From assembly GCF_009914755.1 (NCBI RefSeq), contig NC_060929.1: a DNA stretch of 64,000 nucleotides; one strand, written 5' to 3'. A model generated the notes under the pieces. It worked only from the letters and a program-made list of their open reading frames with translations, was not told where the DNA came from and made no database searches. Numbering within the stretch: position 1 is the stretch's first letter; each line of letters begins with the position of its first letter. This document shows, in pieces, positions 1 to 14,239 of the stretch. Source of the stretch: the human T2T-CHM13v2.0 reference genome, Homo sapiens. The position numbers were made by a program, and so were the translations under genes.

Positions 1-169
1 CATTGGATTTCTCTTAGGTCTGTTGTTGGATTTCTCTCAGGCCCACTCTACTTTCTTTTGGGTCCTTGAGAACAGGGGTTCATCCCACGTGTAGGTGGCT
101 ATTGTTTTTGTTGGCTCAGCACCCCTGTCCTGCACCTGGGGCTAGTGGATGGTGTCCTCCCGGGTACTC

Positions 170-960
<791 letters not shown>

Positions 961-1059
961 TGAAATCTGACAAATAAACTCATGGCTTGGACATCTTTAG
1001 TGTCTGATGATGTCCAGAAGCCCTATAAGGATTGCTTTGCACCTGGCAATGTTTGTTTA

Positions 1060-1370
1060 GGAATGTAATAAATAGTTATTGAGCATCTGCTATGTGCCAG
1101 GCACTAGGCTAGCTGCTGAGAATATAACAGTGTGACAAATGAGATTCTTGCTTTCTGGGTGCTTTCAGCCTAGCAGGACAGACAGCCAAGTGTGACAGGG
1201 AGAGCAGATAGTGTAAAGGAAGAATAGTATCAGGGCCACCTTATGTAGTTTATGGAGAGTGTTCAGGTCAGAATCCCCACAGCAAAAGATGTTTAAGCTG
1301 AGGTCTGAAAGAAGAGTAGGAATAACTCAGGAGAAAGGGATGAGGAACAGGGTCTTAAGTAGAGAACACA
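1060..1370 (-). mobile_element. L2 LINE 3' fragment
   Basis: tattgagcatctgctatgtgccaggcact is the reverse complement of the L2 3' end. Confidence 0.65.
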
Positions 1371-1377
1371 ATCTGGA

Positions 1378-1520
1378 GGAGAGAGGGGATGGGGCAGGAG
1401 AAAGGAGATGGGGAAGGAAAGAGGGGATAGGGAAGGAGAGAGGGGATGGGGCAGGAGAAAGGGGATGGGGAAGGAAAGAGGGGATAGGGAAGGAAAGAGG
1501 GGATGGGGAAGGAGAGAGGG
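1378..1520. repeat. 19-bp purine-rich minisatellite, about 7.5 copies
   Basis: Units ggagagaggggatggggca / ggagaaaggRgatggggaa / ggaaagaggggatagggaa read directly. Confidence 0.9.
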
Positions 1521-2409
1521 AGGGAGAGAGGTAGAAAGAGAGAAAGAGACAGAATCTCTCCATGGAAAGAACTGGAGTTTGGAGTGGCTGGAGCAAGGTT
1601 TTTTTGCATCTGTAGCTTCAGAACCATATGGGGGAGGTCTCCCAGTTACACTTTCCACAGACTATACTCAGGACCGAGCAATCTGCCTTGGGGGCCACCA
1701 GTCCCCTTCTGTGATAGTGCAGCTTGCAAATCACGCCTTGTGCTCTGGGGCCATCTCATTGGAGTCAGGGTTGAGAAGGGAGGGAGGAGATTAGAATAGA
1801 CATTTATTTTTCATTTTGCATTTAGCTTGGGGTGGGCTGACTGCTTTTCAGGATCTGATTATTCCCCTTCGGAGGGTCCTGTGGTCAGGCGCCAACTGTG
1901 AGGATCTGTTACCATGGGTGACATTTTCATCCAATGGAGAGCCATGCTGCTTGTTTGCAGAGTGGCAGATGGAGCAGCTAATCGATGCAGTCTGAAAGGT
2001 AGGAGTCCCCCGCCCCCAGTGGCCCCAACACACAATGAGAGCTGGGCCCCAGGGGCTTGTGGAACACACGCCAGTGACTGAGCCTTTGATTGGAAAAGAC
2101 CTTGCTCACCAGGGGTGCTGGCCCCAAACAATGCCCTGTTCTTTACCAAGACAGCCTCAGCACTTGCAGGATTTTTACAGCCCTGGCCTCAGGCAACACT
2201 CCTGGGAAAAGGTACTGCCAAACCCAAGGCAGCTCTGTGTGGATGATACTGAGTATTTCATTCCAGTAAAAATCAGCAGGCATTTGTTAGGATCATCTGT
2301 GTTCAAGCAATATCCTGAGTGGTGGAAAAGAACAAGCTAGCGTCTTCCTCCCAGGACCTTATGATGATGCAATTGGGAGCTTTCAGTATGGTCACAGAGT
2401 AGCCACTCA

Positions 2410-2760
2410 GCCAACCAGCCAACTCATTTATTGAATAAACTTGAAATGAGCATCGACAATATGCCAAGCATTATGTTGGGAGCTGGGGATGCAAAGAAGG
2501 CTAAGAGATGGTTGGTGGCCCCCTGGTACCATATTTAACTCTGTGTATGATCTAACAATAGCAATAGCTAGGACTTACTGAATTTTTCCTCTGCACCATC
2601 TCCTTAAACATTTTTAACTTTATGAGATAGGTTACCAATATTATCTCTGTTTTTGGGTAAGGGAGCTGAGGCCTAGAGTAGAACAGTGATTTTTCCATCA
2701 TCACCCTGATTAGACTTTGAATTTAGGGCTACTGCTGACCTACAGTTTAGTACCATTTCT
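2410..2760 (-). mobile_element. L2 3' end fragment followed by MIR
   Basis: cattta ttgaat...atgccaagcattatgttgggagctgggg (L2); gggagctgaggcctagag...tttgaatttagg (MIR core, reverse). Confidence 0.55.
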
Positions 2761-4529
2761 ACTGGTGTCACAGTGCTTTAGCATTTATATATTTTATATA
2801 TATATATATATATTTTTTTTTTGGCAAAAATGTATATATATAAATTTTATTGGTAAATATACTGAGTGCCTAATAACATGTCAATTCTTTTGGATAGCTT
2901 AAGATCAGGTGGTGAGAAAAAAATTGTTCATTGACTTCTTAATCCCAGTGGATGAGGTTTCAGGAAACCTGGGTCCTCATAATTGTGAGTGAGGTAGGTC
3001 AAGGCCATCCATCAAACTGAACCTCAACTTTGTCATCCTCAAGTAAGAATATTAAAGTTGACCTTGTGCCTACTTCCAGGGTTTTATGATAACCAAAGGG
3101 AAACCATAGAAAGATGTAATCCGTGGAACCAATAGGATAGCACATCTGGCAATCAGTTATCTTCCGGGTGTTGTGTTCTTCCCAGAGCCAGTTGCTGTTA
3201 CCATTCATGGTTTCTGCTGTTTGGGCTGAGGAGGCTAGCAGGTAAGAAGTTCCTGGAGTTGGAGGGGGCAGATCGCTAAATAAACAAGGAGATCGCTCTT
3301 CCCTCTACTTGCTCTTGCAAGAAAAATGAAATGAAACACAGCAAAATTTTTGTTTCCCTCCTTCCTCTCTTTTTCCTTGTAGTTTTCTAAAGTCTTATCC
3401 TACAATACTGCCCCCACCCCATTGGTAATTTATTTCTCTAAGCCACCACACACATGAGCATCACTATTTTAATTAGCAAGAAGCAAACCGAAGAAGCTAG
3501 AAGGCACAGCAAGGAAGCCCACCACTTGCACTCTTTAATTATTCATCGAGGTAAATAAAATCAAATATTTTCTCAGCAATCCAGAGTGGGATCTGAAGTA
3601 ATTACACTGTCAAATTCATCAAAAATTCTCTCATCAAAATAAAAACCTTGATGTCATTTAATAATTTATAATACAAATACACAGAAATTGTAAAATATTA
3701 TAAATAGAAAACTGCAGGGTAAGTGAACATGAATTAGTTAGGGGTTATGTTCTCGAAAGAGGCTGTCATGAGCTGTATAAATTTTTAATAAGAAATATTT
3801 TTGAGGCCTAATTTAGAGTACGGAATCTACCAGGAACTTCAGAATACAAAAAGCACAACCAAACACCACCATCAAATTCCTGCTGCCTGGAGATTTGTAA
3901 ACATTGCTTTCTGAGAAAAACTGAGGGCTCAAAATGATTTCAGGCAGAAGGAAGGGATGTTGTCTTTGATGTTCCAGATCACCTGTGACACCTTACATGC
4001 TGTCTACACGGGTTACAAATGAATTAATTAACCTTCGTGTAATGACCATGAATAGCAAATGGGAAAAGTCTGGTTCATTTCCACCAAGACAGAAAAAGGC
4101 CGTTTCAGCCATTGTGCCTTGTAAAACAATGTGTGATTCTGGGAGCCAGATGGTTTCATCCCAGTTTGAAATGGTTTTGATCTGTTGAGTTTCTGTATGG
4201 AAAAAGCCTGAAGCAAAGAGAGGAGACCAGATTTTTCTTTTTCTAACTCTACGAGAGAATTCTCATACATACTTGTCGTGCCCTGATTTACCAAACCATC
4301 TCTGGGGACTTACCTGTTCCCAGACAGATGAACAGTGGGCAAGGATTTGTTTCACAAGAATGAATGGGGGGGAAGTAGCCCCATTGAGCAGAAATGAAAA
4401 GCATGCTTTCAAGACAGTTAATGAGAAAAGAAGCAAGGTCAACTTTCATTCAAGAATGTCAGCGATTAGCATGAACAGTGACATGGCAGTCAGAAAGATC
4501 TTTTCACAAAAAGGTAAAACTGAGGACAG

Positions 4530-5355
4530 GGCTCTTCCCTTAGCCTCTCCAGCTTCCTTGAACACATGCTCGGCACTTTCTTTCTCCTTCTTTGCTGGAC
4601 AATGTCTTTCTTATACTTCAGGACTCAGCTTAGATGTTTCCTCTTCCATGAAGCCTTCCCTGATCACCAGATGGCATCAAGTTGGCTTATTATATCTCCC
4701 TGGCACTTTCTGTCTTCCCTTTATAAACTTGTCAGATCTGTTATATTTAGAATAAATTGCCAGTAATAATGTCTTTATTGACTCCCATAATGAATAGAGT
4801 CTTGGTGAAGGAAGCAACCATGGATGTCAGTGATCCTTCTTTTGGCTCCCACAATAAAACCCTTTATGATCTTGATCCTTCAAGATCCTGATTAAGATCC
4901 TTTACTCTGACCTCCACTCCTGTCCTCCCCAAATTGTCCACTTAGATTGGCCTCTTCCCTGTTCCTGACCTGCTCCTGCCTCCTCTCTCTAGAATTCATG
5001 GCATATCCGGATATCTGCATGGCATATCCTTCACTTTCACCTCCACCTTCACCTTCTTCAGGTCTTTACTCGAATTTTATGTCCCCAGTAAAGTCTTCCC
5101 TTTAAAAAATTTTAATCCATTTCCCACCTCCCAATACTCCCTATCCCCCTTTCCTGCTTCTTTGGGTTCTTGTTGACATTTAGCTTCAGCTAGCCTGCTG
5201 TGCATTTTACTTGTTTACCTTGCTTATGGCCTGTCTTTACCCTCTAATTTAAGCTCCACAGGGCAGGGATTTTTATCTGTTGTTTGTTCCTGCGTCACCA
5301 GTGTGTAGAACATGTCCTGGCACACAGTAGGCTCTCAGCAAATATTTATTGAAAG
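4530..5355 (+). mobile_element. L2 LINE fragments (L2a-like 3' end)
   Basis: Ends in cctggcacacagtaggctctcagcaaatatttattgaa, the L2 terminal motif. Confidence 0.75.
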
Positions 5356-5934
5356 AAAAATGGAAGTAACTATCTTTAGGTGGCAGGAAAACAGATGATA
5401 GGCGAATACCTTCATGGGAAATGCTTTTATGAGAATGCTGGGGTTTGGAGGAGAGGATGCTGTGGTAGGTGTGGTGGGGGGTGATGGAGAACACTCAACA
5501 AGGTGAACTCAAGGCCATAGGCCTTGAGATCTCATCCAGGCCTGTGTGAGGTCTCAATGCCTACGGCTTCTGAGAACGACTCATGCTTGGTGAGGCAATA
5601 GGTGATCCTATGGGAAAGAATGCTTGGCGAGGAAATGACTCTCTGCTGCTGTAGGCCAGGGATGACAAATGGGCTTCAATAGCAGTGCCAATTCCAATTG
5701 ATTGGTAGTGGGTGCTGGGAAGGCTGTGTTGAGAATTCTGAGGCTGTTTCTAGGCCTAGTGGAAGAGTGTTGTGATGAACTGGCAATGTCAAGAGCTTGG
5801 AAGGGGCGTGTGGTAGCATTTGTACCATGCATTTGCATACTGACCTCTAAGCTTGAAGTTGGTTCTGTTTTTTTCTCCTGAAAATCTAAGCTTACAAGGA
5901 GACTAATAATAACCCCATAGTTTATTTGTTTTAG

Positions 5935-6265
<331 letters not shown>

Positions 6266-6639
6266 AGAGCTAAGTGTTAAGGTACTTGTGAAGACCCTAA
6301 GAATCTAGACCCTTCAGGGATTGAGACATATCCTTTGGGTTGATTGATCTAGTTTTTACTGCAGGGGATAGAATGGCTTTGCTATGTTGGGGGTTTATAG
6401 CTTAGGAACTCAGATACGGAGAGCAGAACTCTTCTAGTCTCCCTTCTTTATGTTGGCTGTTCATACCAATCCTCTGTTGCTAAGACAGTTTGCAGTAAAA
6501 TGACCCAAGACAGATGGTTATGTAAAACCTTGGCCTCAAGTAGAGGCTCTGACCCTAATGTCATTAGCTCAACATGCCAATCCTGTGAGCTCACCAGCCC
6601 AGAGAAAGCTATCCCCTTTCCTCCCAGTACTGCCATCAA

Positions 6640-6990
6640 CCTCATCTACACCAGCTCGCTTCCGAGCTTCAGCTCCTCTCCTCTAATGGCATTGCTCCTT
6701 TTCAGGAAGCCTCCCCGGTCCCTATGTGGGACACCCTTTGTGTCATCTAATGTTCCCTTAGCTTAGCTTATCTGCTTCTTTGCAGCTGTCTCAGTGTCTG
6801 CCTGATCCAGTTTCTTACACTATCTCAGTGATTTATGTGTTTTTAGTATTTTCACTTGTCTCTTCTCTCTCCCTCCCTCCTTTTAAGCTCATTGAGAAGA
6901 GGGACCATTATAAATATGTCTTTTGTGTCTTTTATCTTGACTACATATAAAGATCTCAGCACATACTTTTGTCTGAAATGATCACCACCT
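6640..6990 (+). mobile_element. L2 fragment
   Basis: caggaagcctccc...aagctcattgagaagagggaccat resembles the L2 3' region. Confidence 0.5.
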
Positions 6991-7029
6991 GACACACTGT
7001 TGGCTGGATTCAATGGGTCCAACAGTCCA

Positions 7030-7640
7030 ATGGTACAATTGGTATAAGCTTTTTGAAGGATGATTTGGCAATATCTATCAACATTTTGAATGAGCATATT
7101 TCTTCTCCCAGCAATTCTACTTCTTGGGATTTATTCTACAGATATATTCAGAGAAGTGTGAAAAGATCTATATTTTTATATAAAAGGATTATCCAATATA
7201 GAATTTTTTGTGATGGTGAAAACTAGAATGACCTAAATATTCATTCCTTGGAGAGATTATGATATAAATGATGTATTCATAATACATTATCAAAGTAAAA
7301 TACTATGTAATTGTTAAAAAGGAAGAAGTAACTCTCTATATATTGAGAAGCAAAAATATTCATATAGGGATCAAAGCAAAGTGTAAAAAATTATGTATAA
7401 TTTTATAAAATGATTTTTTGGTCATAAGTCCCATATATATGTGTGTGTAGATATGGATAAATACACACATACATGTACAGACATGTGACTATACATAGAA
7501 AAGGATAAGAACATGTCCCAATTTATCAGTGATTTATCTATAGTGGATGGGATTATGAAAGCAAGGCATTTCATTTTATTTTTTAAACCTTTACTGTTTT
7601 AGAAAACAATTTAATGAATCATTCTATGATGAAAAGCTAT
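7030..7640 (+). mobile_element. Old L1ME-type 3' fragment
   Basis: gatttggcaatatctatcaa...cccagcaattctacttcttgggatttattctacaga, L1M ORF2 end and 3'UTR. Confidence 0.75.
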
Positions 7641-7794
7641 TTTAAAGAAGAGTTAATTATAAAAGGGCATGGCAGTTTTTCTGTTTTCATAAAATATCCT
7701 AAAGTTCAGGGGTGTTTTCAAAACAATTTAGCAGCCATTTTAGTTACCTCTATGGTGCTTAGCTTTTTCTTAGAAGCATTAAATGCAGACTAAA

Positions 7795-8140
7795 TGTGGT
7801 GTTTTATAAGGAAATTGTTCTCCCTTTTCTCATTGAAGTTCTGGGACTATGTGACTTGCTCTGGTTAATGAAATGAGAGTGAAAGTGATACTGTCATTTC
7901 TGAATTAAAGTTTTAGGAGCCAGTTCATGGTTTGCCATTCTCTCTTTTTCTTTTTGTCACAAGACGAGCAATATTTCAGGAGAGTTTCTCTATCAGTCTC
8001 GGTTCCCGAAGCAGAACTTTAGCCAACCCTGATGGCCATGTTCCATGAGCAAGAAACAGAGTCTTGCTCTTGTAAGCCACTGAAATTTGGGAGTTACTTC
8101 TTACTGCAGCATGACCTAGACTGCCTCTGACTGATGGAAC
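7795..8140 (+). mobile_element. MaLR solo LTR (MLT1I/J-like)
   Basis: atgtgacttgctctggttaatgaaatg...taagccactgaaatttggg...actgcagcatgacctag. Confidence 0.75.
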
Positions 8141-8244
8141 TGCACACAGACTTCACCAGTCCCTTAAACGGAGACTTTCACTGACCTGGGAGTTATGACA
8201 TTTGTATTCTAGTCCCAGCTCTGCCACAAACTTTCTGTGTGATT

Positions 8245-8770
8245 CTATCAACTAAGATGCTTTAGGTTACAAGAGGCTAAAAGTACAACAAAACATGGCT
8301 TAAACAATACAGGATATATTAGCTCAAATGACAAGAAGTCCAGAGTAGCAGCTTCATGAACTCATCGAGAACCTGGCCTGCCATCTTTCTACTTAGCCTT
8401 CCTGTCATGATTATACTGTGGCTATAGAAGTTTCAGCTGTCATATGCAGGCAATATAGTATTCCATGAAGTACAGAGGTGTTTTGTTCCATGTATTTCCT
8501 TTTCTTCTTGTTTTTAATTAAGGAAAGTATTTCCTGAAAATTCTCCAGCAGACTACCGTCAGATCTCATTGACCGCATTTGGTTCCATATCCATGACTAA
8601 GTCAATCCCTATTATGGACAATGAGACCACTATAATTGGCATGGATTTGTCATGATTCATTCCTTCTGGGAGTGGTCCAGGGCCCCTTTTCTGAGTACAC
8701 GTCTGTATGGCAAGTGATTACCCAAACAAAATTGGGACTTTGTCATCAAGGAAGAAGAGGAGGATAGAAT
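8245..8770 (-). mobile_element. MaLR LTR (MLT1J/K-like)
   Basis: taagatgctttaggttacaag...tggcttaaacaata is the reverse complement of the MLT1 3' end. Confidence 0.65.
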
Positions 8771-10244
8771 TAGAATCTATTTCAGTGACCTTAAACCAGT
8801 ATATCTCCTCCTTGGACTCTAGTTTCCCATTGGTAAGCTAAGGATATTGGACATGATGTCTTCTATCACAGGGATTATTTTCACAGAGTCCATGGATCTT
8901 GTCCCCTGAAGGGATGAAGTCCAAATTTCCTTACAGGGTCTTGGGTGGGGAAAGCCATTGTCTATGCTGTAGGGTGCCACTGGCTTAGGTTATCAAAAAT
9001 CCTATTTCAGCAGCTTCCTGACAAGCCGACCCATTATGGGTTTCAGTTACCATAAAACTTCGCATCTTGGATTTTATATGCCCAGAGTGAATGTGGTCTA
9101 GGTAAAGGATATGTATGTGCTGTTTCGTAAGCTTTTAGTTACATATCAGATTGACTTTGAAAGTGCTTTGAAGACTTATAAAGTGCTTTGTGCTTGAAGA
9201 TTTTTCCAATAGCTCCCTCTTCTCCCATGCTCCATGCTCCCAAATCTCTGCATCCCCTCACAATCTGCCTTGACTCAGGCACTTTATTGGCCAATTTAAA
9301 ATAAGCCAGTCCCAAGAGCTCTTGAGCCATGAACTTCAAAAATAATTTATCATCATCATTATTAAAAATAATAGAAATGATTTGGGGGCAGGGACCTACA
9401 ATACCAAGTAGGTAGAGCTTGTGGGATTGAGGCTGATGTCTTCACTTCTCCTTTCAAGGCATCAGTTCTCCCGTATCCAGGCACCGGTTGCAAGCTGCCT
9501 GGGAATGAGATGGGCTCATCTGTGGAAAGTGCTGGGCTTTTATTTTACTGGGCCTGGGAGACACATATGCAGCCAAGGCCTGTGCAGCAGTGGAGGAAGG
9601 CTGGGTAGGGATCTGTAAAAATGGATATAGCTGAAGTCATCCTATCTCTCCTGTCTTTTGGGATCCTTTTAGCAACCATCTCCCCCACCCCACTGCATGC
9701 CCTGAAAGGGTTTTATGACCTGTTTGTAGCTTTGCCACTTGGTTATAACTGAGAAAAGGAGTCCTAAATGGTGTGTGATTTCTTGACCAGATTTGATAAG
9801 ATCATTTTTTAAAATCTTGACAATATGCTGGATGCTGAAGTCACCCTCCCATTCCAAATAGCCACACTACCACCACAGTCTGGTATACAGAGGGGATGAC
9901 TGTTAAAGAGAATGACTTCAGCCATCTCGAGCTACCAGTCCTATTTGCCACCACTAGGAAATAAGGCCTACTATTGCTATTGGGCTTGTACTCATGGAGG
10001 ACCTCTTAGAAACATTGCTTTTGGGCCAAAGTAGCCCTAAGAGGTGTCAAGGACAGAGCCAAATCACCAGATTAAAATGGACACAGCCCATTACATAGCT
10101 GTTAATATATCTTGACATTTGGCAGTGTTGGAATGATTGGCATAACCTCTTATAATGTGTAAAGTCCTTCTCAGTCTCAGGTACCCATAAAAACAAAACA
10201 AAACAGAAAAAGAATAGGTTGCTCATTCTGCCAACCTTTCATTG

Positions 10245-11060
10245 TTACATCAAATGCGGATACAAAAAGTCACACAAAATACTTGTATAGTTTGATGAGT
10301 TATAAGGCAATACTCTTATAACTACCATCAAAGTCAAGGTTTAAAACCCCACCAGTCATTCTAGAATGCTCTCTAGGTGGCCCTATGCAATCTTACCCCT
10401 TCACTTCCCCCAAAAGTAATCCTATCCTGGCTTTCCTAGTAATCACTTCTTCGCATCCATTACAATTTTATTATCCAGGCGTGCCTCCCTAGACACTCTA
10501 CTTTAGTCTTGTGCATTAAGAAAATTAACACGTCTTTCAAGTCTCTTTTAATGTACAGTTTCCTCATCCTTTCTTTTCTTTTTCTTACAATTTACCTTTT
10601 GACCTATAGTTTTCCTACAATATAGATATTGCTGATTGCATACTCATTGTACAGTCCAACATGTTCCTCTTTATCTTCTGCAAATTGGGAGCTACATTGG
10701 GATACTTGGTTAGATTCAGATTCAATTGATTTGGTAGGTGGCATTGAGTTCTTTTACTAAGAGGCACACACTATCTGATTTTTGGTCTTTTTAAGAAATG
10801 TTAACATTAGCCAATGCTCAGTGCTTGGATTCATTAAATCACTGGAAATTGCCAGATGGTGATATCTAATGCTATCATTTCCTTGTCATTTATTAGCTGG
10901 AAAACATAAATGGATGCTTCCCCTCATCTACTTTTTGATTACCCTGTGGTATTGTTCATATAGGAGATATAGGATAAATGCTTGATTCTCTTCCTTTATT
11001 TACTGGTTTTAAAGATAATGAATTGCTTCTATCATCCTTTGAAGGTAATTAGTTTTTTTT
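10245..11060 (-). mobile_element. Old L1MC-type 3' end
   Basis: Colinear by eye with 49020-49240 plus 56213-56850 (aatcactt...ccctag/aaac...tttagtcttg...tctcttttaa). Confidence 0.7.
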
Positions 11061-14000
11061 TAATCATAAATTCAAGGACTGGCACTTCAATTAATGAGTT
11101 TCTAGACTTGCACTTTTAGTCTACATCTCAGGTGTCTTTAGTGTTCTGAATATACGGGTCAGTGCTTATACCTGTGAACTTGGCTATTCTCCTCCTTCCA
11201 GATCACCCTGGAAGGAAGCAGCCACACTCTCTATGGACTACTCAAAGGCCAGTGAAAGAAGCTTGATTTTGGTTTTGTATCTCTTTATTTTTGGTGCTAG
11301 TGCCAGGTGAGGGCTAAAATGGCCATGAATGTAAAGTGTTCCTGCTGAAGGACTTAGAACATTTATGGTCCAGTTGGCATATCTTTGTCACTGTTAAGTA
11401 TCCCATTTATCTGGCCTTTCCCTGCTGATCCCAGAGCACCAAGCCCCCCTCTGATCCTACATCTGGCTTTCCGTTCAACTTGACAGCAGGAAGAGAATGC
11501 CCAGATCATACTTGCACAAATATTTTCTTTTTGCTCAGTGATTAGATTTTTCACTAGAAATGAGTAAATTGGCATTTTGTTCTAAAATCGTATTTTATGT
11601 TCTTTTCCAAGAACATGTGATCTCTAGAAATACTTTCCTTTTAACCCTGCTTTTTTTTTTTTTTTTTTTTTTTCCAAAAGGCTTTGTCCAGTTTTAGGAT
11701 GACTCTGTACTTGACTGGTCCTTTTTTTTTTTTTTTTTTTTTTCTCAGTTTCTTCCAAGGGAGACACTTACAGTCCTTCTAGGTAACTGAGAAAAAGCAC
11801 ATTCTTTTTAACCTGGGTCCACTCATCCACATGGCCCTGAGGCTGGCCATTGAGTCCTCTCATTCCCTCACCCCAGCTAGCAATGAGGTACTGCTGTTAG
11901 AAACCAGGTACCTCTCCTTGGCAACAGCAGCTGCTAACTTACAAGCAGGTCATTAAGTAAGGGTAATGATGGATACAACCAGATTGCCTGGCCTTAAAAA
12001 AAAAATCACTCCTTACCAAACTTTCTTTTCTAGAATGAAAGAGAATGCCAGTTTGAATCTCGAGTCTGTAAGTAAGCATTTAGAACCCAAAGATGACCTA
12101 AAACACATTCTTACCCCATCTCTCGACAGGTGAAAAAAGCCAAAATATGTGTTTTACTTTTTGCTCTTGCTCTGGACATACCTAGGCCCAAGTTAGAAAA
12201 TCGTTCCCCCGTGACAATAAATCTGACGTTTTCTGTTATCTCTGGGGAACTGGTTTGTAAAATTTCACAGCCTTGTTCTCCTTGACTGGCTGAGTCATAT
12301 GGAAAATAAAAATGAATAAAAAATAGCAATGAGTACTATAGCCCACAAAGCAAAGTCTAAATTAAGCAACTTCACTTAAAGCTTTGGTGTTAGAGACCTA
12401 ATTAATTAAAAACACTGGGGTTAAACAATTGCCCATCCATCTTTAAGTTGAAGGGAAGGACAGAGTCCATATGATGTTCCACTGAAGAATGAACAATGGC
12501 ATGGGTCCTGGGTGTTCCTGATTTCATAGAGCACTGTGGAGACTTTTTAAATGTCCCCTTTTTCCTGAGACATATGGACTCTACACCATTGTCATACTTA
12601 ATCGCAGAAATTGGGTTCCCATGCTCCTATTTGTTTGTTTCCTTGCTTGAGGCCTGTGGCTGGGGCCTTGTGTGTTTTTAGCAATTGGAGTCAGCTTTTG
12701 TTTGGCCTTTAAGATGAAATAAGACAAAACCATACACATGTTACAAAACATCAGAATATAAAGGGGATTATTGGTGCTGTAATTAAAGAACTAGGAGGTC
12801 ATTATTCCAGTTGTCCCTCCACCCTCCCACCACATGGCTCTCTGCTAGCCCAGGAACAAAAGAGATTTAAAAATCAGACAGCCCTCAGTTTATTTTAATG
12901 GCAGCCTCTTAAGTCTGGGCATAGTTGGAGGGTGTTTAATTGACAGATGACAGTTTGCTCTGTCTTGGGGGTCTCTCAGACTGGAGAAGCATCAAAATAA
13001 ACCAATCCCAGATAACCAAAGAATCTGAGCTCTTGTTATGCAAACCTGTGAGTATGTGACAAAACATACCTACCTACCTATGTGTATATCACCCTAATAA
13101 CCTTAATGTCCAGGCCCCCCTTCTGCTCTCTTTTCGGAAGGCTGACAGCTGGATGTAACTCGTTTCTCCAGAAATGAGCCGTCCATCACCAGAGGTGTTT
13201 AACTGAAGAGCTGAGAACCATCTGTTTGGGATAGTGCACCAAGGATTCATTTACCTACATTCATCTACACCGGGTAGATGTTTGCACAAGATAACTCTTA
13301 AGACACTTTCCAGTTCTGAGAAGTTGTGTGCTAGAGTGCAAACATGTAAATTTAAAGGGAGATTATGTTTTTAAAACTATAGCAAGTGTCTTTCTAGGAA
13401 ATATTTCTCCAGTGGAGTGAGTATGAAAGAACTGCTTTTGGAAACTAAGATAAAACACAAGACTGGAAGCAAGTGTGGGTTTTATTGGGAATCAGGTGGC
13501 CACTGAATTACCTAAATTTTAATATTTTTGTGCACTTCCCATTCCCACTAGTTTCTCTCACTGTATCATGGCCATTTGATAACACAGCCTCATCTGACCT
13601 TCAATGAAAACAGAATAACTGTACAAAAGAGCTATATCTGTTGTAGCAATCTGAATGATCTGGTCTTGTCTCCCAGGGAAAAGGGAGATAGGAAATGCAA
13701 GTATGCAATGCATAGCCAAATGTTTATTTTTCTACCCTTTTAAGCTCCCTTGTTTATTAAGTTAAGCAGAGAGATGTGATATCTTTTTTAGACATCCAGA
13801 GTTCTTTCAGGATGCTGAGGTTTCTCATAAATTGCTCTACATAGCACACTGGTCGGAACTAGTTGGAACTATCCAGTTAGTAAATATAAAACATCATTTC
13901 TTATTCAAGAATATTTGCATGCTAACAAAATCCAGGAATTTATTGGAACAATGTCAAATTCTCTGTTAATGAGTATCCCAAGTGGGTTGTTACCATAAAA

Positions 14001-14239
14001 AGGTGTATAGAAAAGATGGAATGAACCACAATATGTCCTGGAACAAGAATGGTAGATATGTGTCCTATTTCCCTACCTGTACCACTATTTCCACTGTTTC
14101 TCTATACCACTGTTTCCCTATCTGCACTCAAGGCAGCCATCAGTAAGCAAGCACAGCACTCTTTGAACTTGGACTTAACTTCTGAATCCTTTCTCAGCAT
14201 AGAACTCCTGGCAATCTTGTCACTTGCTTGGAGTTCCTC

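Noticed and set aside
1259-1799. Overlapping 89-128 aa ORFs on both strands
   Set aside because: Products of the stop-free purine minisatellite; low-complexity translation
4273-4755. 160-aa ORF
   Set aside because: Non-ATG start, no recognisable domain, and the 3' half runs into L2 sequence
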